64,000 bases of DNA, from contig JAILGB010000025.1 of NCBI GenBank assembly GCA_024697185.1, forward strand, positions 611-64,610, read 5' to 3'. A model generated the notes under the pieces. That model saw only the letters and a list, made by a program, of their open reading frames with translations, did not search any database and was not told the DNA's origin. The DNA is from Opitutales bacterium. Its GTDB lineage: Bacteria > Verrucomicrobiota > Verrucomicrobiia > Opitutales > UBA953. Numbering within the stretch: the stretch's first letter is position 1; each line of letters opens with the position of its first letter. Positions 17,758 through 27,347 of the stretch are shown here, piece after piece. The translations under genes were made by a program, and so were the position numbers.

Positions 17758-20700
17758 TTAGATTTCGTTAGGCGTTAACCAGCGGAAGGAAACAACACGG
17801 TAGCGACGTCCCAGAAGACGGTTAACCGCCTTCAAATTGGTGTTGCGCTCAAATTTTTCAAAAAACACGTGGGTCGCATCCGGTTTTTCGTTGCGGTAGT
17901 TGCGCTTGAAAACGAGCGAGTCGAAACTGTATTTGTCCGGGCTGTAAAGCATTTCATCGTCCTGCTCCTCCATCCATTCGGGGGTGCGCTGAACAACGGC
18001 TTCGCAATACGCGCGCGCCACCGGATTGCCGTCGAGACCGACAACGTCGCCATAGGCACGGATCGTGAAAGTGTCCGAACGGACCGACATACCGCCGCCA
18101 AGGCAGGAGAGAATATCGCCCTGACTCAAATAACCGGGACCGCCGGCACGCCCCGAAGGTTTGGCATTGTCGGGAATCAAGTTTTTGTATTCCGACACGT
18201 TGGGGGTGCTTTCGGCAATGTCGTTCCCGTTGTTGAGGGTCGTCTTGTCGATTGCCGCCTGGAGAGCGCCGCGGCGCGCGTGCTCAAGATTGGCGGAATA
18301 GGCGCGACGGTTGACAAAGTCCGCCAAAGACATAAACGGACCGCGTTCCCGCACCTCATCAACTATTTTTTCCGCGAGGGAGTCCAATTCTTTTTCATCA
18401 AGCGAACGATACCAGCGCCAGACTTCACCTTCGTCACCGAAGGAGTCGTTGATCTGCGACTGTGATCCGGCTCCGCCGACATAGCCGCCGAGCTTGGAAC
18501 CGATAATGTTGGCAAAGCGGACGATCGGATAGTTTTGAACCTCCGAAAATGCGCCGTCAATCTTCAAATACTGCTCATGCAAGGAGCCGAGCATAGCCTT
18601 CCAGGCTTCCTTTGAAGTCGAATTGACATTGAACATACCCGTGTAATAGAAATTGCGGGTGACTTTGTTGGGATCCAAGAAATCTTTTTCAATATCTTCC
18701 GCGGCGAACTTTGCCTTGTCGCGGGAACGAATAAACTCGACGCGCTTGTTGGGAAGACAATTTTCCTTGTTTTCGATAATATTGCGGGCGAATTCGTTGA
18801 TCTGTTTGATTTGGCCGTCGCGATCGCCAAAATTTATCGTCGAGAACCAATAGCGATCCCAAATCGCCAGATTGGCGGCAAAAGAATGGTCCGCAAAAGG
18901 CTGGCGGAATTTTGTCGTGATGTCGGTGTCATCGTAGAGAGCTTTGACGCCGGATTGGCGGTTGGAGAGATCAAGACCGACGGGCGGATAGGAGTTGCCG
19001 ACAATGTAGCTCGTTTCCTGTTCGCACCAAGACGCGTCAACACTCTGAAATTGTCCCAAGGAAGTCATCGGCTGGGTCGGGATCTCAAAGAGAACCACAT
19101 TGGTTTGTCCGTCAGAACTTGAAATGTCGTCGCCCCAAAACGCGTTCCCGCCGACATTTTCAATCGGAGAAAATTCATTTTTCGCCGGCAGGATTTCAGA
19201 AACCCATCCGACGCCGGCTGTTGAGAAGTTTTCAACTTCCGTGCCGTTGATGATGTTGCTGTTGGCAGAGTTGAAATTACGCGGCTCGCAAACCCAAGGA
19301 CGGACATTGGTCAGCAGAGGCGACGCGAGAGGCGTATAGCTCGCGGGTGCCTTGTAGATATTGATATCCGCGATCGGCTGTTTGATAACACTGGCGTTCC
19401 AGCCGGAACCGCCGCTTGCGGAAAATGTCTTGCCGACAAAATTGTTTTTGCGGGCGTAGGGATAAAGCGTCAAGCGATGTGACGAAAAACTCTGAATGAG
19501 GCTTTCGTCTCCGACGTCATTGTCGTCGCCAAGAGCTGTCGCAGCCCAAAAGCGCGTCAAAGCGTCCACTGTCGTCAGATTTTGATCGTTTGAGCCCTTG
19601 GGATAAAAAAGATAGAAGGAATACATGTCGCATTCGCCCCAAGAACCCCGCAAGTCAACGCGGAAGGTCGCGCTGCGCAAGTTTTCGAGTTCGTCTTCCG
19701 TGAGAGCGCTCGTCTCGTGTCCGATATAGTTTTTAAACGGCAAAGCATAGCCGGCGACGGAGGAAAGTTCGAAGGTTGTTTTTCCCATACTGGCGACAAC
19801 TTCTCGCGTGCCCATGCCGGAAAGTTTCGGTCTTTCTTTTGAAGCAGGGAAGACAGCCTTGATTTCTCCGGGCTGCAAACGGATTGTTCCCGAAGGTGCA
19901 CGGTCGAGGGAGTTCGTTCCCGCAAAAAAGCGAAAAGCGTGTGAGCGCACCATATAGACGTTGTTGGTGTAATAATAAAGGTCAACAGGCATGTCGCCGC
20001 TCACCTTGAAAAGTCCTGTTTTCTGACGATCATAATAGCCGAATTCCGGCCATTGTTGTCCGTCTGTCCGAACCAAATTGAAGGAGACCGGATAATATTT
20101 GGTGAAAAATGTGCCTACACCGAAAAATTCGATCGGGACATTATAGGGGTTGTAAAGCACCATCATCGGGTCCATGCAAAGCGCATAGGTATCCTGGTTG
20201 AACACCAATGAAAAGCGGAAGACAAAGCGCAAAATGACGGGGGCGATGCGCATCGCCTGGGGGATGACAATCCTGTCTCCGTCAATCATCGGCGTCACCA
20301 AGCGCTGCCCGGTGTCTTGCTGTCCGCGCAAAGCCATCGTACCGACGGAACCTTTGAGCGAGAAAAATCCGTTGTAGGTTTTTCCACTGCCGCTCACGGA
20401 TGTCGCATTCGGACTCTCCCTGCCGTCAACATAGGTGTAGGGACGGATGCCCATCGCCGTAAAAGAAGTGTCGGAAGCGGGTTTGAAACCGCGATAGCCG
20501 GTCGTCTCGACTTCTTTTTTGTAAAAACGATAATAGTTGCGGAAAACATCCCAGGTCGGGCCTCTCAAGATGGCAATGCTCTTCGACTGGCCGCTCCGGT
20601 GTCCCAACTCGGCGTTGTTTTTGGTGTCAAACTCATAAACAAAACCCAAGCCGTCGGTCGGCTGGTTGAGCCACCAGCTCGTCGTATTGTCGTTGGGAAC

Positions 20701-21882
20701 GTTGAAATGGCTCAAAAGATTCATTTTGTTGGTGTCGCCCGATCCGTGGAATTGCGGATAGTCGCGAAAACCTTTTTCAAAATTTTCGCCGGCGTTCCAA
20801 GGCATTTCAAAAGCAAGGGAGAGGTCTGTCTTGAGTCCGCCGTTGTAAACATCGCTCTCGACGCCCTTTGAATAAAATGAAATGTCGTGATAGTATTTTC
20901 TAAAATCGCGCAAACTGGCGGCATCTGTTTTATCGAGATATTCAGCCAAGTCACCGATCGTGACGACATAGGGAAGTTTTGTCGCTCCGACTTCAAGGCT
21001 GTTGCTGAGATCTTGCGTCCAGATTTCCTTCAAATCGCCGAATGTGTCGATGGCTTCACCCGCAAGTCTTTGAGGTGTGGATCTGAAACCTTTGTACCAC
21101 TCATCGACGGAAGAGGCTTTGTTGTCATAATTGTCCGGGAGATTGATTCGTGCCTTGACGCCTTCATCGCCGACCCAATAGGCGAAAGAGCCTGTTGTTT
21201 TTGGCGGGTGTTGATAATTCGTGATTTTTTCGATGGGGACGCGTCTGACTTTGACGATGTTGTCTTCCCATCCATTTTTCTTCCCGAGCGTTCCCGCGCC
21301 AACAAGGGTGATGAGCTCGTTTGATTCGTCTTCGACGCTGTAGGCGCTAATCGCTTTTGAAACAAGGCTTTTGTCAAAGGTTGTGGCGGTCATTTTGTTG
21401 ACAGGGAGCGTGTAGGGCTCAAAACGGCCGCTTTCGCTGTCATAGTTGGAGACAAGCCAGCCGAGAAAGGGTTTGTTGTCGGGAGCGGCATAGTCCCAGT
21501 CGTGCAATTTTGTTTTGTCGCTTTTGTCGAGATTGCCCGTCGCCCAAACGCCAGTCCAATATTTTTTGCCGCGGTAAGGCGTTCCCGACGGGAGAGAGGG
21601 GTTTTGGGAGCCGCCGTTGCCGAGAATGTCCGCCGTGGCGGTGACGCGCTGGTCGTCACCTGTCAACATCTGCAATTGGGCGAGAGCGATGCGGAGACCG
21701 GAGATCGCATTGGTCTGCGCCTGATAACGGCGGATACGATAAGAGGAAATCTGTGTCTCGAGAACGACAAAGGAGACCAAAGATATTGCGATCAGCAACA
21801 TCAACGCCATCATAACCAAGGCGACAACCAGAGAAAATCCGCGTTTGTGATTTCTTGTTTTCTTCAAGAATATTTTTGCCAT
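17758..21882 (-). CDS. giant (1374 aa) pseudopilin-like protein, GspK/PilX-like ends with a large uncharacterised middle
   Basis: Class-III (prepilin-type) signal KRG|FSLVVALVMMALMLLIAISL lacking Glu5, as in GspK/PilX minor pilins. PilX_N-like ETQISSYRIRRYQAQTNAISGLRIALAQL. C-terminal SVRSDTFTIRAYGDV...ARAYCEAVVQR resembles GspK/PilX C-termini. Confidence 0.6.
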   Translation of the reverse strand: MAKIFLKKTRNHKRGFSLVVALVMMALMLLIAISLVSFVVLETQISSYRIRRYQAQTNAISGLRIALAQLQMLTGDDQRVTATADILGNGGSQNPSLPSGTPYRGKKYWTGVWATGNLDKSDKTKLHDWDYAAPDNKPFLGWLVSNYDSESGRFEPYTLPVNKMTATTFDKSLVSKAISAYSVEDESNELITLVGAGTLGKKNGWEDNIVKVRRVPIEKITNYQHPPKTTGSFAYWVGDEGVKARINLPDNYDNKASSVDEWYKGFRSTPQRLAGEAIDTFGDLKEIWTQDLSNSLEVGATKLPYVVTIGDLAEYLDKTDAASLRDFRKYYHDISFYSKGVESDVYNGGLKTDLSLAFEMPWNAGENFEKGFRDYPQFHGSGDTNKMNLLSHFNVPNDNTTSWWLNQPTDGLGFVYEFDTKNNAELGHRSGQSKSIAILRGPTWDVFRNYYRFYKKEVETTGYRGFKPASDTSFTAMGIRPYTYVDGRESPNATSVSGSGKTYNGFFSLKGSVGTMALRGQQDTGQRLVTPMIDGDRIVIPQAMRIAPVILRFVFRFSLVFNQDTYALCMDPMMVLYNPYNVPIEFFGVGTFFTKYYPVSFNLVRTDGQQWPEFGYYDRQKTGLFKVSGDMPVDLYYYTNNVYMVRSHAFRFFAGTNSLDRAPSGTIRLQPGEIKAVFPASKERPKLSGMGTREVVASMGKTTFELSSVAGYALPFKNYIGHETSALTEDELENLRSATFRVDLRGSWGECDMYSFYLFYPKGSNDQNLTTVDALTRFWAATALGDDNDVGDESLIQSFSSHRLTLYPYARKNNFVGKTFSASGGSGWNASVIKQPIADINIYKAPASYTPLASPLLTNVRPWVCEPRNFNSANSNIINGTEVENFSTAGVGWVSEILPAKNEFSPIENVGGNAFWGDDISSSDGQTNVVLFEIPTQPMTSLGQFQSVDASWCEQETSYIVGNSYPPVGLDLSNRQSGVKALYDDTDITTKFRQPFADHSFAANLAIWDRYWFSTINFGDRDGQIKQINEFARNIIENKENCLPNKRVEFIRSRDKAKFAAEDIEKDFLDPNKVTRNFYYTGMFNVNSTSKEAWKAMLGSLHEQYLKIDGAFSEVQNYPIVRFANIIGSKLGGYVGGAGSQSQINDSFGDEGEVWRWYRSLDEKELDSLAEKIVDEVRERGPFMSLADFVNRRAYSANLEHARRGALQAAIDKTTLNNGNDIAESTPNVSEYKNLIPDNAKPSGRAGGPGYLSQGDILSCLGGGMSVRSDTFTIRAYGDVVGLDGNPVARAYCEAVVQRTPEWMEEQDDEMLYSPDKYSFDSLVFKRNYRNEKPDATHVFFEKFERNTNLKAVNRLLGRRYRVVSFRWLTPNEI

Positions 21883-22023
21883 AAAAAGTCGGGGTTTTGA
21901 TACATCTAATAATAATGAAAGGACGGCGGAAAAGCAATTTTAGAATGCGCGTTCCCGCGTCGGAAATTCGAGTGTTGAGAAAAGCTGCGGGAACAATCAA
22001 AATGAATTTATAAAATTTTGTTT

Positions 22024-22791
22024 ATGAATGTCTATCTTCTCATAGGAACACCGCATTGCGGGCGGCGGGCGATTTTGGCGGACTTGTTGGACTACGGGCT
22101 GGGCTCGGGAACGAAAGTGACGGTCTGGCTGCCGGAAGAAGAACGCGATGAAACGGCGGACGAACCGCTCCAAAAAATGCCGGCGCTCGATCTGCGTTCC
22201 TGGAAACTCGTTCCCGCGGATTCGCCCAAAGGCGTTCCCGCGATCGAGTTCGAAAACAATTTTGAGCCCGAAGATTACGGTTTTTTTGTCCTCAACGGCA
22301 GACGCGATCCGATCGGTCAGATCGAGGCTTTTGCGGATTTGGTGAAGCGCTATGCGTGGAGTCTGGTGCGGGTGATTCTCGTCGTCGATTCAAAATTCGC
22401 AAAAGCCGTTCCCGAAACGGCGGACTTTTACAAAGCGCTCATTCATTTTTCCGATGTCGTGCTTTTCGCCAATCGCGGCGACATTTCATCCGCCTGGTTT
22501 GAGGCGTTCAAAAAACCTTACAGGGACGAGTGCTACCCGTGCATTTTTGAACTCGTCAAAAAAAATCGCGTCAAGAACGCCGTGGCGACACTCGCGGACA
22601 CGCCGCGCCGGATGACGATGATTTTTGACGACATCGACCCTTTGGATGACATGGAATTCGATGAGGACAATTTGCCGACAGAACCCTTTGACATTGTCGC
22701 AAAACCCGATCCCTATTTTGAGCGCAACGAACATGGCGCCCGCCTGATCGTCGTTCCCGATATTGAAGAACTTTTGAAGAAAAATGGATAA
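22024..22791 (+). CDS. COG0523/CobW-like G3E-family protein with degenerate P-loop
   Basis: Colinear with CobW/YjiA motifs but degenerate: YLLIGTPHCGRRAIL (vs LLTGFLGAGKTTLL), FFVLNGRRDP (vs IEcTGmADP), ILVVDS, and SDVVLFANRGD (vs ADrIlLtKtD). Overlaps the nspC start by 8 nt. Confidence 0.4.
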   Translation: MNVYLLIGTPHCGRRAILADLLDYGLGSGTKVTVWLPEEERDETADEPLQKMPALDLRSWKLVPADSPKGVPAIEFENNFEPEDYGFFVLNGRRDPIGQIEAFADLVKRYAWSLVRVILVVDSKFAKAVPETADFYKALIHFSDVVLFANRGDISSAWFEAFKKPYRDECYPCIFELVKKNRVKNAVATLADTPRRMTMIFDDIDPLDDMEFDEDNLPTEPFDIVAKPDPYFERNEHGARLIVVPDIEELLKKNG

Positions 22792-23956
22792 TTTTATAGA
22801 CGCTGTTTCAAAACTCGACCTCGAGCGCGTGCCGTCGCCGTGTCATCTTTTGCACCGCGATTTGCTCGAACACAACTGCCGCATACTGCGCTCGGTCGCC
22901 GAACGCACGGGAGCGCATATTTTGCTGGCGCTCAAAGGTTTCGCCCAATTCAGCGAATTTGAGATGCTTTCGCATCATCTCGCGGGAACGACGGCGAGCG
23001 GTCTCCACGAACTTATGCTCGGCAACGATTATTTTCCCGGAGAACATCACGTCTATTCTCCGGCGTTCCCGCCGGCGGACATGGAGCAAATCGTAAAAAT
23101 CGCAGATCACATTTCCTTCAACTCTCCGGCGCAATGGTTGCGATACAAAAAAACGGTCCAAAACTGCGGCAGAAAAATTTCCTGCGGTCTCCGCGTCAAT
23201 CCCGAATACGCGGAAGTCGAGCATGACATTTACAATCCTTGCGTCAAAGGTTCGCGACTGGGAACACCTCGAGGGGAAATAAAAAACATCTCCGACCTCG
23301 ACGGTCTCGAAGGGCTTCACATGCACACCATGTGCGAGCAGGGCGCCGACGTGCTCGCGCGAACGATCGTGCATTTTGAAAAAAAATTCGGCGATTTGAT
23401 TCCTCAAATGAAATGGATCAATTTTGGCGGCGGCCATTGGATCACCCATCCCACTTACGATGTCAATCTGCTCTGTGAAACCTTGCTCGCTTTCCGCAAG
23501 CGTTGGGGTGAAAAAATCCAAATTTATCTCGAACCCGGCGAGGCTGTCGCCATTCGCACGGGGATTTTAGTGGCGACCGTTTTGGACATTGTTCACAATG
23601 GGATGGACATTGCAGTTTTGGACACTTCGGCGGCGGCGCATATGCCGGACACGCTCGAAATGCCTTATCGTCCCGATGTTCTCGGAGCGGGAACGCCGGG
23701 TGAATTTGCGCACGATTACCGCCTTGCCGGTGGCACCTGTCTGGCGGGCGATGTCATCGGCGACTATTCGTTCTCGCAGCCGCTCGTGCCGGGACAACGC
23801 ATCGCCTTGCTCGACATGTCGCATTATACGATGGTCAAGAATACGACCTTTAACGGCATTATCCGCCCAGCCATCGCGACTTTTGTTCCCGAAAGCGGCG
23901 AATACCGCCTGATAAAAAAATTCGGCTATGAAGATTTTCGCGACCGTCTCTCCTAA
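22784..23956 (+). CDS. nspC: carboxynorspermidine/carboxyspermidine decarboxylase
   Basis: ALKGF, GTTASG, RVNPE, YLEPGEA, CLAGD, and C-terminal FGYEDFRDRLS as in Vibrio NspC. Confidence 0.85.
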   Translation: MDNFIDAVSKLDLERVPSPCHLLHRDLLEHNCRILRSVAERTGAHILLALKGFAQFSEFEMLSHHLAGTTASGLHELMLGNDYFPGEHHVYSPAFPPADMEQIVKIADHISFNSPAQWLRYKKTVQNCGRKISCGLRVNPEYAEVEHDIYNPCVKGSRLGTPRGEIKNISDLDGLEGLHMHTMCEQGADVLARTIVHFEKKFGDLIPQMKWINFGGGHWITHPTYDVNLLCETLLAFRKRWGEKIQIYLEPGEAVAIRTGILVATVLDIVHNGMDIAVLDTSAAAHMPDTLEMPYRPDVLGAGTPGEFAHDYRLAGGTCLAGDVIGDYSFSQPLVPGQRIALLDMSHYTMVKNTTFNGIIRPAIATFVPESGEYRLIKKFGYEDFRDRLS

Positions 23957-23977
23957 GGCTCGGGAACGAAAAAAATT

Positions 23978-24016
23978 GGCGGGAACGGCATTTTTCGCGT
24001 TCCCGCCATTTTTTAT
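23978..24016. terminator. bidirectional terminator built from an inverted pair of the genome word
   Basis: GGCGGGAACG (23978-23987) / CGTTCCCGCC (23998-24007) with T-runs on both strands. Lies between the convergent nspC and SNF2 genes. Confidence 0.7.
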
Positions 24017-24029
24017 CCTCAAAAACAAA

Positions 24030-27000
24030 TCAGTTTAACAAATCCTTGATGTCGGCAAGTGAGATGTGCATGCCGAGATCCTGATTGGCCTTGAACAGCG
24101 AATCGAGCAGGGCGCGTTTGCGCATTTGCAAGGCGAGCACGCGTTCTTCGATAGAGTTTGCCGTCACCAGTTTGAGAGCGGTGACAACGCGAGTTTGCCC
24201 GATGCGGTGCGCGCGGTCTGTCGCCTGGGCTTCCGCTGCAGGATTCCACCACGGATCGTAGTGGATCACCATGTCCGCTCCCGTAAGATTGAGACCGACG
24301 CCGCCGGCTTTGAGTGAAATCAGACAAATCGGGATTGAAGCGTCCTTGTTAAAACGATCGCAGATCTCTGTCCGGTTTTGTGTCGAACCGTCGATATATT
24401 CGTAGCGGATACCGTCCTCATCAAGCGCTTTTTTGATAAAGGCGAGCACCGAGACAAACTGTGAAAAAACAAGCATGCGGTGGCCGCCTTCGATCGCTTC
24501 GTCGCGGATCTCACGAAACGCTTTGAGCTTTGTCGAATTTTCCTCATTGAACTCCGAATCGACAAGGCGCGGCTCTGTGCAAATCTGCCGGAGTCTCATC
24601 AATTGGGCGAAAGCGGTCAGGCGAAGCACATTTTCGTTGGCACCCGTCTGTTCGAGAGCATCAAATTCTTCGCGCGTTTGCTTTTGCCAGGATTTGTAGA
24701 GTTTTTCCTGCTCGTTGTCAAATTCGCACCAAACGAGCTGTTCAATGCGCGGCGGAAGCTCCGGCGCCACAAGATCCTTGGTGCGTCGCAAAATATAGGG
24801 AGCCGCATAACGGCGCGTCAAATGCTCATAGCGCTCCTGGTATTCGGCAAGCGGCATGCTGCGCGTGTTGTGTTCTGCCTTGGGAATATAGGTCGGCAGC
24901 AAAAATTCAAAAAGGGTCCTCAAATCATCCGTCGAGTTTTCAACCGGCGTTCCCGTGAGAACAAAGCGCGTTTCAGCACGAAGATCCCGCAAGGTTTTGG
25001 AATTTCTCGATTGTCGGTTTTTTACCTGTTGCGCCTCATCGGCGATGATGATTGTCCATTCGCGTTCAAAAAAGAAAAGTGCGTCACGAGTGAGCGTCGA
25101 ATAGGAAGTCAGGACGACACCGTCTTTGAACGCCCGCAGGTCAAGTTGGTCGCGCGCGTTCCCGTGATGAACATAGACGGGGATTTTGGGAGCGAAGCGA
25201 ACGATTTCCCGCCGCCAGTTTTCAACCAGTCCCGCCGGAGCCACAATCAGATAAGAGCGGGGTGCAGCCTTTCGCGCCAAATCCCGCTGCTCTTTTTTCA
25301 TCCTCAAAATCCGTTGTTCCTCCGCCGCCTGCTGGAGTTTTAAAAACTTCTTTTTAACGACGATTTTGAGAGCCGGCGAGTTTTCTGCGGAATCTGAATT
25401 TTTTGAAACGGATTTTAAAACTTTTTTCTCTGTTTTTTCCGGGGAATCCAAAGTTTCGGGAACGGGATTTTCTTCATTTTGACGGACAATCTCACGGGCG
25501 ATTTGCGCGTCCTGATAGTCGGCGGCGAGGAAGGCGATTGATTCGACGGTTTTTCCAAGTCCCATTTCGTCCGCAAGCAAACCGCCCAATTCGTTTTTGT
25601 GAAGGAAAGAAAGCCACTGGGCGCCGATGCGCTGATAAGGACGGAGCATGCTGTCGAGTTTTTGGGGAATATTGATGGGCGGCAGCATTTGGGGATTGCG
25701 GAGCGGCTCCGTGATTTTTTTCCAATAATCCGGCAGGAGATCCTCGTTTTTTCCGTCCTCGGCGCCTTCGCCGGCGTCGTCTTCAAGAATCCCGAGTTTT
25801 CGCATGATCGCTTCACAAACGGGAAGCTCTCTGAACTTCAAACGCCGCGTCCACTTGCTTTCCGCAGAGGAGCTCGAAATATCGAGATCGAGATCCAATT
25901 TGATATTTTCGAGCTGGTCAATGACACGCTGGGTAATGACGACATAACGCCCTTCGCCATTTTGAACATAAGGACGGGAACACGCCAAAGCCCGCTCGAC
26001 ATCAAGCACGCTGCTGCCCTTGGTGTCGATAGCGAGATTGAGCTCGATACTGTCCGATTCAAAAAGAGGATTAAAGCTCAGGGAAAGTTTGTTGCAAAAG
26101 AGAATGGAGTTGATAATCGAGGAAAACTTGACGCTGCGACGCGACGGGGCGATTTGTTCCAGGCGCTTCCAGCCGCGTGAGAAAAAGTTTAAAATCTCAT
26201 GTTCGCCGTTCAGATACCAGCGACCTTCCTCCAAGATGAAATTGTTCTCTTTTAAGATCCCGATAACTTCGTTGTAGTTGAAAGAATCGACATCCGGGGC
26301 GATAATCATCAGCCAGTCGTGCTCACCGTCAACTTTGATGCGAAATTCTGTGTTCAAGAAAATAATACGGTGCTCGGGCGTCTTTGAAACATCATGATAG
26401 TGACGGGGATCCTTTACCCAGTCATAAATGATTTCATGTTCCGTCAACGGCCGCACCCAAGTGGAGCGCTTGCGCCATTGGTTGCGGTTTTGACTGTGGT
26501 CTTCATAAATTTCAAAATCGAGATCGCTTTCGATTTTGCGTTCCTTGCGCTCTTTGAGTTCTATCTTGCGACGAATCTCTTCAATCTCACGGGCGTCGGG
26601 AACGCAAGGTGCGGGAACGGGCTTGTCGGGACGATAATTGGCAAGCGTCTGCGTGCTCTTGGCTCGGGCTGCCGCCGCACGATCGTTTTGCAAAAATTTT
26701 GCATCCGAGCGAACTTTCCCGTTTTTCACATCGCTTTTATTAAATCGTTCCTTGAGCGAGGCCAGGGCTTTTTTTGCCGCAGCGGAGCGGGGCGCGATGG
26801 GAGCGCTTGTCGCCTTCAAATTAGTGTTGATGTTTTTGTTGGCGCCGATCGGAACCGCCACCGGCAAAGATTCTTTGGAATCCCCCATTGCGGAGAGAAT
26901 GGCGGTCTGCGCCTGCAACATACGTTCAAAATAGCGAAAATAAACAGCGATCGCGTGTTTGCAAAGCGGATGTTTTTCTGTCAGCCCGCAAGTGCATTTG

Positions 27001-27206
27001 GCAACGGGAGCTTCAAGGTCTTCAAAATTGAGTTCCACATTTATCTTGCGTTCTCCGTCCGTCAAAGAACCTTTCAAAATCGGATCCGACCACTGGACAT
27101 GATTGACGAACGCAATCATATTTTTACCGGCGCTCAACAACTGTTCCGGCAAAAATTGTTTCCATTTTGCATCATTAAACTGAGGCGGGTGTGCCTTGCT
27201 GCTCAT
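24030..27206 (-). CDS. SWIM zinc-finger SNF2-family helicase
   Basis: SWIM CTCGLTEKHPLCKHAIAV. SNF2 motifs DEMGLGKT (I), LIVAPAGLVENW (Ia), DEAQQVKN (II), LTGTPVEN (III) and DRAHRIGQTR (VI). I prefer the ATG at 27206; the ORF track starts at a TTG at 27260. Confidence 0.85.
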   Translation of the reverse strand: MSSKAHPPQFNDAKWKQFLPEQLLSAGKNMIAFVNHVQWSDPILKGSLTDGERKINVELNFEDLEAPVAKCTCGLTEKHPLCKHAIAVYFRYFERMLQAQTAILSAMGDSKESLPVAVPIGANKNINTNLKATSAPIAPRSAAAKKALASLKERFNKSDVKNGKVRSDAKFLQNDRAAAARAKSTQTLANYRPDKPVPAPCVPDAREIEEIRRKIELKERKERKIESDLDFEIYEDHSQNRNQWRKRSTWVRPLTEHEIIYDWVKDPRHYHDVSKTPEHRIIFLNTEFRIKVDGEHDWLMIIAPDVDSFNYNEVIGILKENNFILEEGRWYLNGEHEILNFFSRGWKRLEQIAPSRRSVKFSSIINSILFCNKLSLSFNPLFESDSIELNLAIDTKGSSVLDVERALACSRPYVQNGEGRYVVITQRVIDQLENIKLDLDLDISSSSAESKWTRRLKFRELPVCEAIMRKLGILEDDAGEGAEDGKNEDLLPDYWKKITEPLRNPQMLPPINIPQKLDSMLRPYQRIGAQWLSFLHKNELGGLLADEMGLGKTVESIAFLAADYQDAQIAREIVRQNEENPVPETLDSPEKTEKKVLKSVSKNSDSAENSPALKIVVKKKFLKLQQAAEEQRILRMKKEQRDLARKAAPRSYLIVAPAGLVENWRREIVRFAPKIPVYVHHGNARDQLDLRAFKDGVVLTSYSTLTRDALFFFEREWTIIIADEAQQVKNRQSRNSKTLRDLRAETRFVLTGTPVENSTDDLRTLFEFLLPTYIPKAEHNTRSMPLAEYQERYEHLTRRYAAPYILRRTKDLVAPELPPRIEQLVWCEFDNEQEKLYKSWQKQTREEFDALEQTGANENVLRLTAFAQLMRLRQICTEPRLVDSEFNEENSTKLKAFREIRDEAIEGGHRMLVFSQFVSVLAFIKKALDEDGIRYEYIDGSTQNRTEICDRFNKDASIPICLISLKAGGVGLNLTGADMVIHYDPWWNPAAEAQATDRAHRIGQTRVVTALKLVTANSIEERVLALQMRKRALLDSLFKANQDLGMHISLADIKDLLN

Positions 27207-27347
27207 AAAAAAAATAAAAATGTTGGGAATAACGACAAAATCAATATCGTTTTCGTTCAAGTAGAGATTTGCAATAAATTCTAAAGCAATTTTCCTCTTA
27301 AACTGATTTTATTCTCTTAGATTTTTATGCCGCTTGCAAGCGAAAAA

